A stretch of DNA of 64,000 bases from Gemmatimonadales bacterium. GTDB lineage: Bacteria; Gemmatimonadota; Gemmatimonadetes; Gemmatimonadales; GWC2-71-9. The position numbers and the translations under genes are program-made. The notes beneath the pieces are model-generated. The model worked only from the letters and a program-made list of their open reading frames with translations. It made no database searches and was not told the origin of the DNA. The stretch is taken from NCBI GenBank assembly GCA_038321865.1, contig JBBQFH010000012.1, forward strand, positions 15,044 to 79,043, read 5' to 3'. Below, piece after piece: positions 10,701-20,127 of the stretch. Position 1 is the first letter of the stretch; the number at the start of each line of letters is the position of its first letter.

Positions 10701-12183
10701 CGGTGCCGCGCATCACGCTGGCCGGCCGCTGGCCGTCGCGCTGGGCGGCGCTGCCGCGAAACACGACGTTACGGAGCGGACCGTTGAGTGTCCCCTGCGC
10801 CGCGAGGCGGCCGGGAATCACCACCGCCGGCGCCAGCCGGCGCGCGGTCGCGAGGTCGATGTCGGAGCTGCGGAGATTGACGCCGTAGAAGGTGAGTCCG
10901 TCTACCTTGCCGAAGCCGACGGTACCGTCGGCTTCAATGAGGCTGACCGGCTGCCCCGGCACCTTGGCGTCAGCGAAGGCCCAGTCCACGTTGATCTTGA
11001 GCCGCTCGAGCAGGAATCCGGAACCCTGCAGCTTGCCGCTGAGCGTACCGTAGAAGGGCAGCGTATCCACGTAGGCACGGACGGCATCGATATCGAGGTT
11101 CGCGAGCGTGAGGTTCATCCCGCGCACCCCGATGCCGCGGATGCGGTCCTGCAGCGCCACCACCTCGCCGTCCACCCGTTGCGCGCCGTTGCGGAGGTGC
11201 AGGTCACGCAGGGTATAGGCGGTGAGCGCGCCGGTCTCCGATTTCGCGGCCAGCGTCCCCCGCCCGGTCATCGCGGGAAACAGCGGCGAGACCCAGTGCA
11301 GGTCGGCAAGGCTCACCTGCGGGGCCGTGATCTGGAAATCGAACAGGACGGTGTCTCGCGGCCAGGTGACGGCCCCGCCGCCGCTGAATCGCGTGGCCGG
11401 CAGGGCCCCGCGTCGCAGGCTGAAGATCACGCTGTCGCCGTGGAACCGGAGCCGGCCGGCGGCATCGGTAAGGGTCACGGCCGGATCACTCACCCGGGTC
11501 GCGAGAGTGTCGAGGTCGATCGTGAACGGCTTGTGATCCGGCGTGCTGACCTGCAGCTTCGACATCACGGTCGTGAGGTCGCGAAGCACGATCACCTTCC
11601 GGAGCCCCTCCCGGCTCTCGTCGATGACGCGTCCGGGCTTTGCCCGCTCCGCCGTGAGCGCCGAATCGCGCTGGGCCGGGGTGGCATCCTTCGGCGGATT
11701 CCACGGCAGCGCGATCTGCAGCTCGCCATCGAGCACCCGCACGTCGTTGAACTCGATCAGCGGCGAAGTCGTGCCCTTGGGCCCGCGACCCAGCCCGAAG
11801 ACGTCCTCGTAGTTCATCCGGCCATCGCGGTGCTTGATGATCTGGATGACCGGATTGTCCAGGTGGATGCCGCTGAGAACGATGTTGCCGCTGATGAGGT
11901 TGGGCAGGCGGTAAGCGACGCGGACGCGTGGCAGGTCGGCCAGCAGGACGCCCTGGGTGTCCCGCACCACCACATGTTCCAGGGTCAGGTCGTACAGGAA
12001 GGAGCCGGAAATCGAGCCGACCTGGACCGAGCCGTGCACCACCCGGTTGAGCGCATCGGAGACCGTCCGCGCGAGCAGCGCCCGTCCCGGCGGCGTCAGC
12101 GTCAGCGAGGTGACGATGCCCAGCAGCGTGGCGACGATGCCGAACAGGATCACGAAGACGAAGCGCGCGAGTGGCCGGCGCAT
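7753..12183 (-). CDS. tamB: Translocation/assembly module TamB-like protein
   Basis: About 1476 aa, beta-rich, N-terminal TM (MRRPLARFVFVILFGIVATLLGIV), C-terminal DUF490-like region; follows an Omp85 gene. Confidence 0.85.
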   Translation of the reverse strand: MRRPLARFVFVILFGIVATLLGIVTSLTLTPPGRALLARTVSDALNRVVHGSVQVGSISGSFLYDLTLEHVVVRDTQGVLLADLPRVRVAYRLPNLISGNIVLSGIHLDNPVIQIIKHRDGRMNYEDVFGLGRGPKGTTSPLIEFNDVRVLDGELQIALPWNPPKDATPAQRDSALTAERAKPGRVIDESREGLRKVIVLRDLTTVMSKLQVSTPDHKPFTIDLDTLATRVSDPAVTLTDAAGRLRFHGDSVIFSLRRGALPATRFSGGGAVTWPRDTVLFDFQITAPQVSLADLHWVSPLFPAMTGRGTLAAKSETGALTAYTLRDLHLRNGAQRVDGEVVALQDRIRGIGVRGMNLTLANLDIDAVRAYVDTLPFYGTLSGKLQGSGFLLERLKINVDWAFADAKVPGQPVSLIEADGTVGFGKVDGLTFYGVNLRSSDIDLATARRLAPAVVIPGRLAAQGTLNGPLRNVVFRGSAAQRDGQRPASVMRGTVHLDTRGKVLALDTDLELDPLSFEGIRRGFPTLKTQGDVRGHVKLAGTMERLAVDATLSGEIGTIEAHGGMTLVPPRLGADALRVRFSALNLAALQGSGPRTRLNGVLTATGTAESPHPPEGTLELALDRSSVREWTIDTLYTHLGVTGGVIRLDTLYTEWKGARAGGSGTLGWVRPHDGTMTLQLAADSLTAFDSLALALTGQTRYSTRRYLLPLGGVASASVTLAGSLDTLRMAGQFGVRHFQFQGLRSPSDTGSFSYTGGAHPLFAGTLRSDSLALITDTTATGGWQFTSTSLAASGRPDSLGWSVGTGVGFISRVNGTGSWYRRGALTVLGVDTFAMALPTRAWRLDAPTTLTLGDSAPTLGATRLAAADGSGAISVAGRLPRSGPGDLTVHAYGVDLRDVYDLMGRDTAGTAGTIGLDLRLTGTARAPTVHGTASLADGRFAEAYMPYVQGALDYTDRRLDTRLLLSRSGDTVMQLEAQLPIDLGLQGVKQRQLDGPISVRALADSVDLGLIEAFTSSVRGASGFLSADAKVVGTWKAPQLAGFVALADGAMDIPALGVHYEGILGRADFGGDSAAIEHVKIQSGGGMLDVHGIVRLQELTRPVLTIHMDASGFQAINERNFLKLAATGHFDLDGPFFGATFSGSGSADEGALWFADLLNKRVIDLDDPTNLDLVDTTVVRQRGLRAGFSNRFMEQLAISDFNLAVGQEFWLRSTEANIQLEGDVRVNKSLREYRIDGTLSTPRGTYTLKIGPVSRDFDVTKGTVQYFGTPDLNAKLDVEAQHVVRAANGMDVPVIARITGTLLRPQLDLSSGPNIRPALPEVDLVSYLILGVPASQAQGLQQNAIQNAASILTSAVSSDLERALVSDVGLPVDLLEIRPALAGGTVAGGTITQLAAGWQIGPKLFFRLNAGFCNNQVGFGSKNLGASVDFRFGRAWKVQAGVEPTFQTCRANGINPEYSLTAPYQIGVDVLWDREF

Positions 12184-14309
12184 CAGAACGGCTGCCCGAC
12201 CGCGAAGTGGATGGTGATCTTCCGGTGGCGATCGAGCTGCAGCCCGTCCGGAATGATCTGCACCGAACCGTCGGCGTCGTTGCGCACGTAGAGCGTACCC
12301 ACGGGCAGCTTGTACGGATTGTACGCCACGTCGAACCGGGCGGGCCCCAGCGGCGTCGCCACCCGCAGCCCCACGCCCGGGGTAATCCGGATCTGGGGCT
12401 TCGATACCGACGTCCGTCCCCGTTCCCACACCGTGCCGGCATCGACGAACGCCGCCAGGCGCAGGCGCTCCTTGAAGAACGGCGACGGCAGCCGCAGCTC
12501 CGCGTTCGCCACCGCGAGCGAGTTGCCGCCGGTCGGGACGACCCGCACGGAGTCGGGCACGTCGTTGAGGCCCGCGGCGCCGTAGGTGTCATACACCGAC
12601 TGGCTGACGGTATAGGCCACCGGCCCCAGCTCATTGCGCTGATAGCCGCGCACATCGTTCGGGCCGCCGCCGTAGAACCGCTGGTCCGGCGGGATGTACG
12701 GATTGGCCCCGCTCGCGAGTGCCACGTTGGGCGAGAAGATCACGCCGCCGCGCAGGTGCCAGCTGAACACGATCTCGCGCGTGAGCGGAAAGTACTTGGT
12801 GTAGTCGCCGACCACCCGCGTGAACTGGCTGAGCGATGACGAGCCGATGAACCGTGACGCGACGGTCGCCTGGAGCGACGCGATCGAGCCCCGGCTCGGA
12901 TCCAGCGGATTGTTGGCCCTCGGCACCGAGACAGACCCCGTCAGCGTCGCCTGGCGGATGCGCTGGCCCAGCCGCTCGACGTCAGCCGGATCACAGGCAT
13001 TCAGGAAGGCGCAGAAGCTGGCTGGCGTGGCCGAGGTGCGCCCCAGCGACAGGGTGTACGTCAGGCTCAGCGGCAGCCGGCGGCGCGGCGACTCGCGCGC
13101 GATGCTCACGCTCACGCCCTGCTCCGTCCGCTGGTACACCTTGAACTCCGACCGCCGCTCCGTGAAGCCGCTGATGATCAGGATGTTGTTGGGCGAGCGG
13201 AACGCCGGACGGCGGAGCGATGCCGTCAGGTTGTAGTTGAGCAGCCGGGAGCCGACCGAGTCGTCCTTGAGCGCACTGCAGATGCCGCTGTTCTCCAGCC
13301 CCCAGTCGAGCGGGCGGCCGGTACCGACCTTGGACACGCCGCCGGTGATGTCCAGCAGCTTGGCGTGGCCCAGGAAATTCCGGATCGCGAAGCCGCCGTT
13401 GGCCCGGAGGCAGTCGCTGGTACCGTAGCCCAGCCCGGCACGGGCGTGGTAGGGCGGGCTCTCCGTCACCCGCACGATCAGCGGCACCGAATCCATTCCG
13501 ACCCTGAACGCCGACGTGTCGATGTTGACGGACGCCAGCCGGAAATGGTCGGAGTTGTACAGGTTGCGCTGGCTGGCGAAGAGATCCTCGGCCGAGTAGA
13601 GCCGGCCCGGACGCGCTTCCATCAGCCGGACGACGAAGGCGGAGTCGATGTGCTCGGTGCCCTCGACCTTGACGGTCCCGACCACGGCGCGGACACCCGG
13701 CACGACGTTCATCGTGAGCTGGGCGGTTTTTTCTTCGTGCCGGCTGTTGAAGCTGAGGAATACATCGGCGGATGGATAGCCTCGGTCGCGCAGGCGGTGG
13801 ATCATGGTATCGGCCGACGCCCGCATCCGCTGGCGGTCGAATACGTCACCCTGCTGCAGCGGCAGGTCCAGCGCCACGGCCCGATTCAGCTTGGGCTCGA
13901 GGGAATCGAGACCGGTGATGCGAAGCGTATCCACCCGGATCGGAGCGCCTTCGGTAATCACGAAGGTGATCGACGCGCTCGTCGGGGTCCGGCGGACGAT
14001 GGTGTCGACCTTGGCGTCGGGAAATCCGCTGAGCTTGTAGAGCACGCCGATGCGCAGCACGTCGCGCTGAAAATCGGTTTCGTTGAGGTAGCGCTTCTGG
14101 CCGAGGAATCCGAGCCAGCTGAAGGGCGCCTGCCGGGCAAAGAAGCTCGAGTTCGTGGTCGCGATCCGCGCTTCCAGCGCCGCGGGACTGAGCGACTTGT
14201 TCCCCTTCCACTTGAGGGCGCGCACCACCAGGTCGCGGCCCTGCGCCTGGGCACGACCGGGTACGGCGAGCCCGCCGCCCAGCAGCAGGCAGAACAGAAC
14301 GCGCTTCAC
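12183..14309 (-). CDS. tamA: Omp85 family outer membrane protein, TamA/BamA-like
   Basis: POTRA-like repeats, RFYGGGPNDVRGY loop-6 motif, C-terminal FAVGQPF; start GTG 14309 or ATG 14348. Confidence 0.88.
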   Translation of the reverse strand: MKRVLFCLLLGGGLAVPGRAQAQGRDLVVRALKWKGNKSLSPAALEARIATTNSSFFARQAPFSWLGFLGQKRYLNETDFQRDVLRIGVLYKLSGFPDAKVDTIVRRTPTSASITFVITEGAPIRVDTLRITGLDSLEPKLNRAVALDLPLQQGDVFDRQRMRASADTMIHRLRDRGYPSADVFLSFNSRHEEKTAQLTMNVVPGVRAVVGTVKVEGTEHIDSAFVVRLMEARPGRLYSAEDLFASQRNLYNSDHFRLASVNIDTSAFRVGMDSVPLIVRVTESPPYHARAGLGYGTSDCLRANGGFAIRNFLGHAKLLDITGGVSKVGTGRPLDWGLENSGICSALKDDSVGSRLLNYNLTASLRRPAFRSPNNILIISGFTERRSEFKVYQRTEQGVSVSIARESPRRRLPLSLTYTLSLGRTSATPASFCAFLNACDPADVERLGQRIRQATLTGSVSVPRANNPLDPSRGSIASLQATVASRFIGSSSLSQFTRVVGDYTKYFPLTREIVFSWHLRGGVIFSPNVALASGANPYIPPDQRFYGGGPNDVRGYQRNELGPVAYTVSQSVYDTYGAAGLNDVPDSVRVVPTGGNSLAVANAELRLPSPFFKERLRLAAFVDAGTVWERGRTSVSKPQIRITPGVGLRVATPLGPARFDVAYNPYKLPVGTLYVRNDADGSVQIIPDGLQLDRHRKITIHFAVGQPF

Positions 14310-14403
14310 GAAAACCGGGCCGACGGGCCTGGTGAACCACAAGTGCATGAAAACGCAACGCTCCGCGCTCAGTGTCAGCCGAGCCTTCCGGCCGGGACGA
14401 CGA

Positions 14404-14432
14404 TTGACGTCGTTCCGTAAGACGGGTAGTTT
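14404..14432 (+). promoter_or_regulatory. Putative sigma-70 promoter for the ABC/dacB operon
   Basis: TTGACG-N17-TAGTTT; an opposing TTGACA at 14451-14456 may serve tamA. Confidence 0.5.
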
Positions 14433-14490
14433 CACCACGTTAGCCCACGCTGTCAACTTCTATGACGCCACACCCTTCCCCCGGCCGCAG

Positions 14491-16053
14491 ATGCGACGAC
14501 TCCTGCTCACTTCGCTCCTTGCCTCCGTTGCCGCCTTCAGCATAGGACTGACCGGCTGCGTCGGCAGTGATGCGGCCCCCACCGGCACCCTCCAGTACTA
14601 TCTGACGGCCGATCCGCAGACGCTGGATCCCGCCCTCTCCACCGACGTGCAGTCGGGCGAAGTGATTACGGCGCTCTTCGACAACCTGGTCCGCTTCGAC
14701 GTGGACGGTCAGCTGGTCCCGGGCCTCGCCACCCGCTGGGAGGCCGACAGCTCCGGCCGGACCTACACCTTCCACCTCCGGCACGGCGCGACCTTCGTCG
14801 GCGGCCGCCCGGTGACCGCCGCCGACGCGCGCGCCTCGATCCTCCGGGCGCTGGCACCCGGCGCCCGGGGCGGGCGGCAATGGCCGCTCCTTCCGATCCA
14901 GGGCGCCGCCGCCTACGCCGCCGGCACCGCGGCTGATGTGGCCGGCATCCGGGTGACGAATGATTCCACCATCGCGTTCACCCTCGAGGAGCCGCTCAAC
15001 ATCTTTCCCAAGTTCCTGGCGATGCCGGTGGCCGCCGTGGTGCCGACGCCCACGCCAGCCGGCTTCGCCGAACATCCGGCGGGAAGCGGACCCTGGAAGT
15101 TCGTCAGCTGGTCGCACGATGATGCGATCCTGCTGGTGCGCAACGACGCCTACTGGGGCGGCGCCCCGAAGTCGGACACGCTCCGCATCCGGATCATCCC
15201 CGAAGGCCTCACCCAGGCGGCCGAGTACGAGTCCGGCCGCCTCAGCGTGGTGGAGATCCCGTTCGGGGAGACTCGCCGGTGGGAATCCACTCACGCCGCC
15301 GAGATCCAGCGGCGGCCCACCATCCGCGATCTGTACATCGCGCTGAACACGACACGCGGCCCGCTCCGGGACGTCCGCGTCCGACGCGCGCTGAACCTGG
15401 CGGTGGACGTCGGCACCATGCTCTCAACGGTGATGTCGGATCGCGGCGTCCGCGCGGCCGGCTCGATTCCGCCCGGCATCGCGGGCTATGACGCCGGTCG
15501 CGCGCCCTACCGGTTCAATCCGGACAGCGCGAAGCGGCTGCTCGCTGACGCGGGCTACGCAGCGGGATTCCCCCTCAAGCTCTGGCGCTCGTCCCGGCCC
15601 GAATACGCCCGCCTGGCCCAGTCGGTCCAGCAGGATCTCGGCCGTATCGGGGTGAAGGTCGAGATCCTCGAGCGCGATGCCCCCACCGTCCGTGCCACGG
15701 TCCGGAACGGCGAAGCCGACATGTACCTGGGCGACTGGTACGCCGACTATCCCGACCCCGAAAATTTCACCTACCCGCTCTTTCACTCGAAGAACAAGGG
15801 ACCCGGCGGCAACTACGCCTTCCTGAATGATTCCGCGCTCGACGCCATTCTGGTGCGGCTTCGGAGCACCACCGACGAAGCCGAAAAGGCGACGCTCGCC
15901 CGCCAGGCGGACGCCCGCATCTTCGAGCAGGCACCGTGGATCTTCCTCTGGTTCCCCATCGACATGTGGGCGGCCCGGCCCGAGCTCTCGGGCTGGAAGA
16001 TCCCGGCGGTCTTCACCGGCCAGCGCTGGGTCGAGGCGAAGCTGTCGAAGTGA
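14491..16053 (+). CDS. Peptide ABC transporter substrate-binding lipoprotein (SBP family 5)
   Basis: Lipobox LTGC; DPQTLDP, PGLATRWE, YTFHLR, GSGPW and DVRVRRAL motifs. Confidence 0.92.
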   Translation: MRRLLLTSLLASVAAFSIGLTGCVGSDAAPTGTLQYYLTADPQTLDPALSTDVQSGEVITALFDNLVRFDVDGQLVPGLATRWEADSSGRTYTFHLRHGATFVGGRPVTAADARASILRALAPGARGGRQWPLLPIQGAAAYAAGTAADVAGIRVTNDSTIAFTLEEPLNIFPKFLAMPVAAVVPTPTPAGFAEHPAGSGPWKFVSWSHDDAILLVRNDAYWGGAPKSDTLRIRIIPEGLTQAAEYESGRLSVVEIPFGETRRWESTHAAEIQRRPTIRDLYIALNTTRGPLRDVRVRRALNLAVDVGTMLSTVMSDRGVRAAGSIPPGIAGYDAGRAPYRFNPDSAKRLLADAGYAAGFPLKLWRSSRPEYARLAQSVQQDLGRIGVKVEILERDAPTVRATVRNGEADMYLGDWYADYPDPENFTYPLFHSKNKGPGGNYAFLNDSALDAILVRLRSTTDEAEKATLARQADARIFEQAPWIFLWFPIDMWAARPELSGWKIPAVFTGQRWVEAKLSK

Positions 16054-16970
16054 GGCGTTTCCTCGCCGTCCGTCTCGCCCTGCTGGTGCCCACCCTGCTC
16101 GGCGTGCTCATGGTGACGTTCCTGTTGCTCTACGTCGCGCCGGGCGACCCGGTGCAGGCCATGGTCGGTGAACGGGCCGATGCCGCGACCATCGCCCGGC
16201 TTCGCGCCGAGCTGCATCTCGACGATCCGCTGCCGCGGCAGTTCCTGCGCTACGCCGGCGGCGTGGTGCGGGGCGATCTGGGCCGCTCGTACATCACCCA
16301 GCGGCCGATCATCCGCGACCTGACCGAGCGCTTCCCCGCGACGCTCCGCCTCGCCGGCGCCGCGATGCTCTTCGCCACCCTGGTCGGTGTGTCCATGGGG
16401 GTGTACGGCGCCTGGCGGCCGGGGTCGTGGGCCGACCGCGCCACGGCGCTCGTCGCCTACGCGGGCGTGTCGTTTCCGGTATACTGGGTAGGCCTGCTGC
16501 TCATTCTGGTCTTCGCCGTGCACCTGCGGTGGCTGCCGCCCTCGGGCTCCGGCGGGCTCCAGTTTCTGCTGCTGCCGGCCATCACCCTGGGCATGCGCTC
16601 CATCGCGTTCCTCTCCCGCATGACCCGCGCGGCCATGCAGGAGGTGCTCCGGAGCGACTTCGTCCGCACCGCACGCGCCAAGGGGCTCGGCGAGCGGCGC
16701 GTGGTGTTGCGGCACGCGCTGCGGAACGCGCTGCTCCCGGTCGTCACCGTGCTCGGACTCGACTTCGGGAGCTACCTGACCGGCTCCATCCTGACCGAGA
16801 CGATCTTCGCCTGGCCCGGCGTCGGCCGGTATGTGCTCACCGCGATCGAGAAGCGCGACCTGCCCGCGGTCCAGGGCAGCATCCTGTTTCTGAGCCTCGT
16901 GTTCGTAATCGTGAACCTCCTGACGGACCTGGTGTATGCCAAAGTCGATCCACGGGTGGCGTATGAGTAG
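16050..16970 (+). CDS. Peptide ABC transporter permease (DppB/OppB family)
   Basis: APGDP, GDLGRS, EAA-loop DFVRTARAKGL, ETIFAWPGVG, DPR; GTGA overlap. Confidence 0.93.
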   Translation: MRRFLAVRLALLVPTLLGVLMVTFLLLYVAPGDPVQAMVGERADAATIARLRAELHLDDPLPRQFLRYAGGVVRGDLGRSYITQRPIIRDLTERFPATLRLAGAAMLFATLVGVSMGVYGAWRPGSWADRATALVAYAGVSFPVYWVGLLLILVFAVHLRWLPPSGSGGLQFLLLPAITLGMRSIAFLSRMTRAAMQEVLRSDFVRTARAKGLGERRVVLRHALRNALLPVVTVLGLDFGSYLTGSILTETIFAWPGVGRYVLTAIEKRDLPAVQGSILFLSLVFVIVNLLTDLVYAKVDPRVAYE

Positions 16971-18462
16971 CGCGCGATGCCGCCTGCACCGGGCGACGCT
17001 CGTCCTCTTCGCGGCGGCCTTCGCCGCGCCGGCCGCGGCAGGCCAATCGCTCGCCAGGCGGCTGGACGCACGGCTCGACGCCGCGCCGTTCAACCGCCTG
17101 CTCTGGGGCGTGGCGCTGGTGGATGACAACGGGAAGCTGCTCTACGGCCGGAATGCCGATCATCTCTTCATCCCGGCCAGCAACACCAAGATCCTCGTCA
17201 CCGCCGTGGCCTCCGCGCTCTTCCCGCCGGATTTCACCGTCAACACCAGCGTGTACGGGGCGGGCCCGGTCACCGACGGCGTGCTGCACGGCGATCTCGT
17301 GCTCTACGGCCGGGGCGACCCGACGTTCGGCGTCCGCTGCTACGCGGTGGACACGACGGCGGCGAACGCCTGCGACACCGATCCCACCGCCCGGCTCCGC
17401 CAGCTGGCCCAGGCCCTCCGGGCCCGCGGCGTCCAGACCATCGCGGGTGACGTGGTGGGTGACGGGAGCTACTTCGATGCCGAGCTCGTGCGCGACGGCT
17501 GGAACGCCTACGACCTCAACTGGTGGTACGCCGCGCCGGTCTCCGGGCTCGGGTTCAACGACAACAGCATCGACATCACCTGGAAGCCGGGCGCGGCGCC
17601 CGGCGCCCCGGCGACCATCACGTTCACGCCCGACTTCGGCGACGTCACGATCGAGAACCGTACCCGCACCGCACCCCTGGGCGGCCCCAACGACATCGGC
17701 GACCGGATCTACCGCGAGCCCGGCACCCTCCGCCTCTGGGCCGAAGGGACGGCCGCGCTGGGCGGCCGCGGCGGCACCGACTTCTTTGCCCTGCCCGACC
17801 CCAACCTGTTCGCCGCGCAGGCCCTTCGCGCGGCGCTGGCCGGCGCCAGCATCGCGGTCAACGGCACCACCCGGTCGACGACCGACTCGATGCGTTATCT
17901 CGCCGCCCGCGCGACCGCACCGCTCGCCGAAGTGACGTCGCGCCCGCTCCGGGACTGGATCTTCCCGATCCTGAACACCAGCCAGAACTGGTTCGCCGAG
18001 ATGACGCTCAAGCAGCTCGGCAAGCGGTTCGGCACGGCCGGATCGTGGGAGGAAGGGCTGCGGGTCGAGCGGCGCTTTCTGATCGACTCGGTGGGCGTGG
18101 ACTCGACGCAGTTCGCCGTGACCGACGGGTCCGGGCTCGCGGCGAACGATCTCGTCAGCCCGCTCGCCTTCACCCAGGTGCTCCGCTTCATCCGGCGGCA
18201 TCCGCGCTACGCCACGTTCAGGGCCGGCCTTCCCCATTCAGGCGAGCGCGGCTCGCTGCGCAACCGTTTCCTCAATACGCCGCTCGAGGGGAAGGTGCGC
18301 GCCAAGACCGGCAGCATCTCACGCGTCAACACCCTGTCCGGCTTCATCGAGCTCCCCACCGGCCGCACCCTGACCTTCTCGGTCGAGGCCAACCACCACA
18401 CCCTGCCAAGCCGGACGATACTGGCGCAGCTCGACAGTATCGTGGTGCAGATGGGGAAATAA
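16963..18462 (+). CDS. dacB: D-alanyl-D-alanine carboxypeptidase/endopeptidase (PBP4, peptidase S13)
   Basis: PASNTK (SxxK), GRGDP, SQN (SxN), DGSGL and AKTG motifs. Confidence 0.92.
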   Translation: MSSARCRLHRATLVLFAAAFAAPAAAGQSLARRLDARLDAAPFNRLLWGVALVDDNGKLLYGRNADHLFIPASNTKILVTAVASALFPPDFTVNTSVYGAGPVTDGVLHGDLVLYGRGDPTFGVRCYAVDTTAANACDTDPTARLRQLAQALRARGVQTIAGDVVGDGSYFDAELVRDGWNAYDLNWWYAAPVSGLGFNDNSIDITWKPGAAPGAPATITFTPDFGDVTIENRTRTAPLGGPNDIGDRIYREPGTLRLWAEGTAALGGRGGTDFFALPDPNLFAAQALRAALAGASIAVNGTTRSTTDSMRYLAARATAPLAEVTSRPLRDWIFPILNTSQNWFAEMTLKQLGKRFGTAGSWEEGLRVERRFLIDSVGVDSTQFAVTDGSGLAANDLVSPLAFTQVLRFIRRHPRYATFRAGLPHSGERGSLRNRFLNTPLEGKVRAKTGSISRVNTLSGFIELPTGRTLTFSVEANHHTLPSRTILAQLDSIVVQMGK

Positions 18463-18475
18463 GGAGACCACTCAG

Positions 18476-18988
18476 ATGCTCTTGCTGCTGGTACGCCACG
18501 CGCAGGCCGGTGAGCGCGACCCCGAGCGCTGGCCCGACGATCAGCTCCGGCCGCTCACCAACACCGGCCGCGCCGCCCATGCACGGGTCAGCCGGGCCCT
18601 GAAGCGGCTCGACGTCGCGCCCAGCGTGGTCGTGTCGAGCCCCTGGATTCGCGCGATGCAGACGGCGGAGGTGATGATCGAGGAGATGGATCTCGACGTG
18701 GACCCGATCGAGTGCGAGGCGCTGACCGTCGAGCCCGACGTCCGGGCGATCGCGGCCTGCATTCCCGAGGGAGAGACCGAGCAGACGGTGGCCCTGGTCG
18801 GCCATTCGCCGTTCCTGGAGGATCTCGCCTCCATCCTCCTCACCGGTGTCACCTCGCGGCTGAACAGCGATTTTCCGAAGAGCGGAGTGATGGGGCTGGA
18901 CATGGAGCGGATGGAGCCGGGCACCGCCACCCTGCGCTTCTTCCAGCGGCCCAAGCAGATGGAGCGGCTCAGGCGCCGGAGGAAGTAG
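18476..18988 (+). CDS. sixA: Phosphohistidine phosphatase SixA family
   Basis: LVRHAQA, RPLT, SSPWIRAMQTA and LVGH motifs; AAGGAG RBS. Confidence 0.85.
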   Translation: MLLLLVRHAQAGERDPERWPDDQLRPLTNTGRAAHARVSRALKRLDVAPSVVVSSPWIRAMQTAEVMIEEMDLDVDPIECEALTVEPDVRAIAACIPEGETEQTVALVGHSPFLEDLASILLTGVTSRLNSDFPKSGVMGLDMERMEPGTATLRFFQRPKQMERLRRRRK

Positions 18989-18990
18989 CG

Positions 18991-20019
18991 CTAGTCGTCG
19001 GTCTGGCCGAAGATGGCCAGGTTCGACGAGTGGCCGGGATTGACCTTGGTCCTGGGGTTGATCAGGTGCACCGCGTTGTTGACCGCGATGCACGCTTCCG
19101 ACACCCCGGTGGCGATCAACTTGAGCTTCCCCGGATACGTCGTGATGTCACCTGCGGCGTAGATGCCGGGCAGATTGGTGGACATGACCGTGTCCACCTT
19201 GATGTCGGCCTTCTCGGTGTCGAGCCCCCACTCCTTGATCACGCCGAGATCGGAATGAAAGCCCAGCAGCGGGATCACGGCGTCCACCGCGAGATCCCGC
19301 TCCGCTTTGGTCTTGGCGTTCACCAGCGTCACCCGCTCGATGCGGTCGCCGCCGTGGATCGCCTTCACCTCGGTGAAGACCTCGATCCCGCATTTGCCGG
19401 CCTCGCGGAGCGCCATCGCCTGCGCCACCGTCGCCGCGTGCGCCCGGAACTGATCCCGGCGGTGAATCAGCGTCACTTCGCGGGCAATTCCCTGCAGATT
19501 CACCGCCCAGTCGAACGCCGAATCGCCGCCCCCGACGAGCAGCACGCGCTTGCCCGCGAACACCCCCGGGTCGAGGACCTTGTCGTACAACCCTCGGCCC
19601 TCCCACTGCTCGGCGCCCTCCAGCGGGAGCTTTCTCGCCTCGAACGCGCCGATCCCCGCCGCGATGACGATGGTGCGGGAGGGATAGACGTCCGCGTCCG
19701 TCTCGAGCAGGAAATGGCCCAGCCCGCCGTCCTCGACCCGCGTGAGGCCGCTAACCGTTTCGCCCAGGTGCGTGCTGACGCCGAACTGCATCGCCTGCAC
19801 GACCATGTCGCGGACGAGATCCTTGGCCAGCACCTTGGGGAACCCGGCGACGTCGAAGATGTATTTTTCGGGATAGAGCGCCATCAGCTGCCCGCCGAGC
19901 GCGGGCAGCGCGTCGATGATGCGGCAGCTTGCGCCCCGCATGCCGGCGTAAAAGGCGGCGAAGAGCCCGGTAGGCCCCCCGCCGATGACGGTAATGTCCC
20001 TGATTTCCCGCTCGGCCAC
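18991..20019 (-). CDS. Ferredoxin-NADP+ reductase, thioredoxin-reductase-like (YumC type)
   Basis: IGGGPTG, GGQLMALYPEKYIFDVAGFP, GGGDSAFD, AAGDI, PGHSS; no CxxC; GTG start with GGAGAG RBS. Confidence 0.9.
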   Translation of the reverse strand: MAEREIRDITVIGGGPTGLFAAFYAGMRGASCRIIDALPALGGQLMALYPEKYIFDVAGFPKVLAKDLVRDMVVQAMQFGVSTHLGETVSGLTRVEDGGLGHFLLETDADVYPSRTIVIAAGIGAFEARKLPLEGAEQWEGRGLYDKVLDPGVFAGKRVLLVGGGDSAFDWAVNLQGIAREVTLIHRRDQFRAHAATVAQAMALREAGKCGIEVFTEVKAIHGGDRIERVTLVNAKTKAERDLAVDAVIPLLGFHSDLGVIKEWGLDTEKADIKVDTVMSTNLPGIYAAGDITTYPGKLKLIATGVSEACIAVNNAVHLINPRTKVNPGHSSNLAIFGQTDD

Positions 20020-20071
20020 TGCCTCTCCGGGGTGACGCGTCCGCGGCGGGCGTTGGGCCCGGCGCGCTCCA

Positions 20072-20079
20072 ATTATAAT
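20072..20079. promoter_or_regulatory. Palindromic -10 element between divergent genes
   Basis: ATTATAAT gives TATAAT on both strands in a GC-rich spacer. Confidence 0.5.
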
Positions 20080-20127
20080 CGCGGCGGACTTATTCTCCGG
20101 CATCCAGGGCCAACCGGGAGCACCACG

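Noticed and set aside
8338..12291. Long plus-strand ORFs (489 aa and 794 aa) opposite tamB, and similar shadow ORFs such as 5592-7271, 22764-24413, 31789-33705 and 56794-58431
   Set aside because: Antisense or alternate-frame shadows typical of high-GC coding DNA; Arg/Ala/Gly-rich with no motifs, and overlapping genes with clear family signatures
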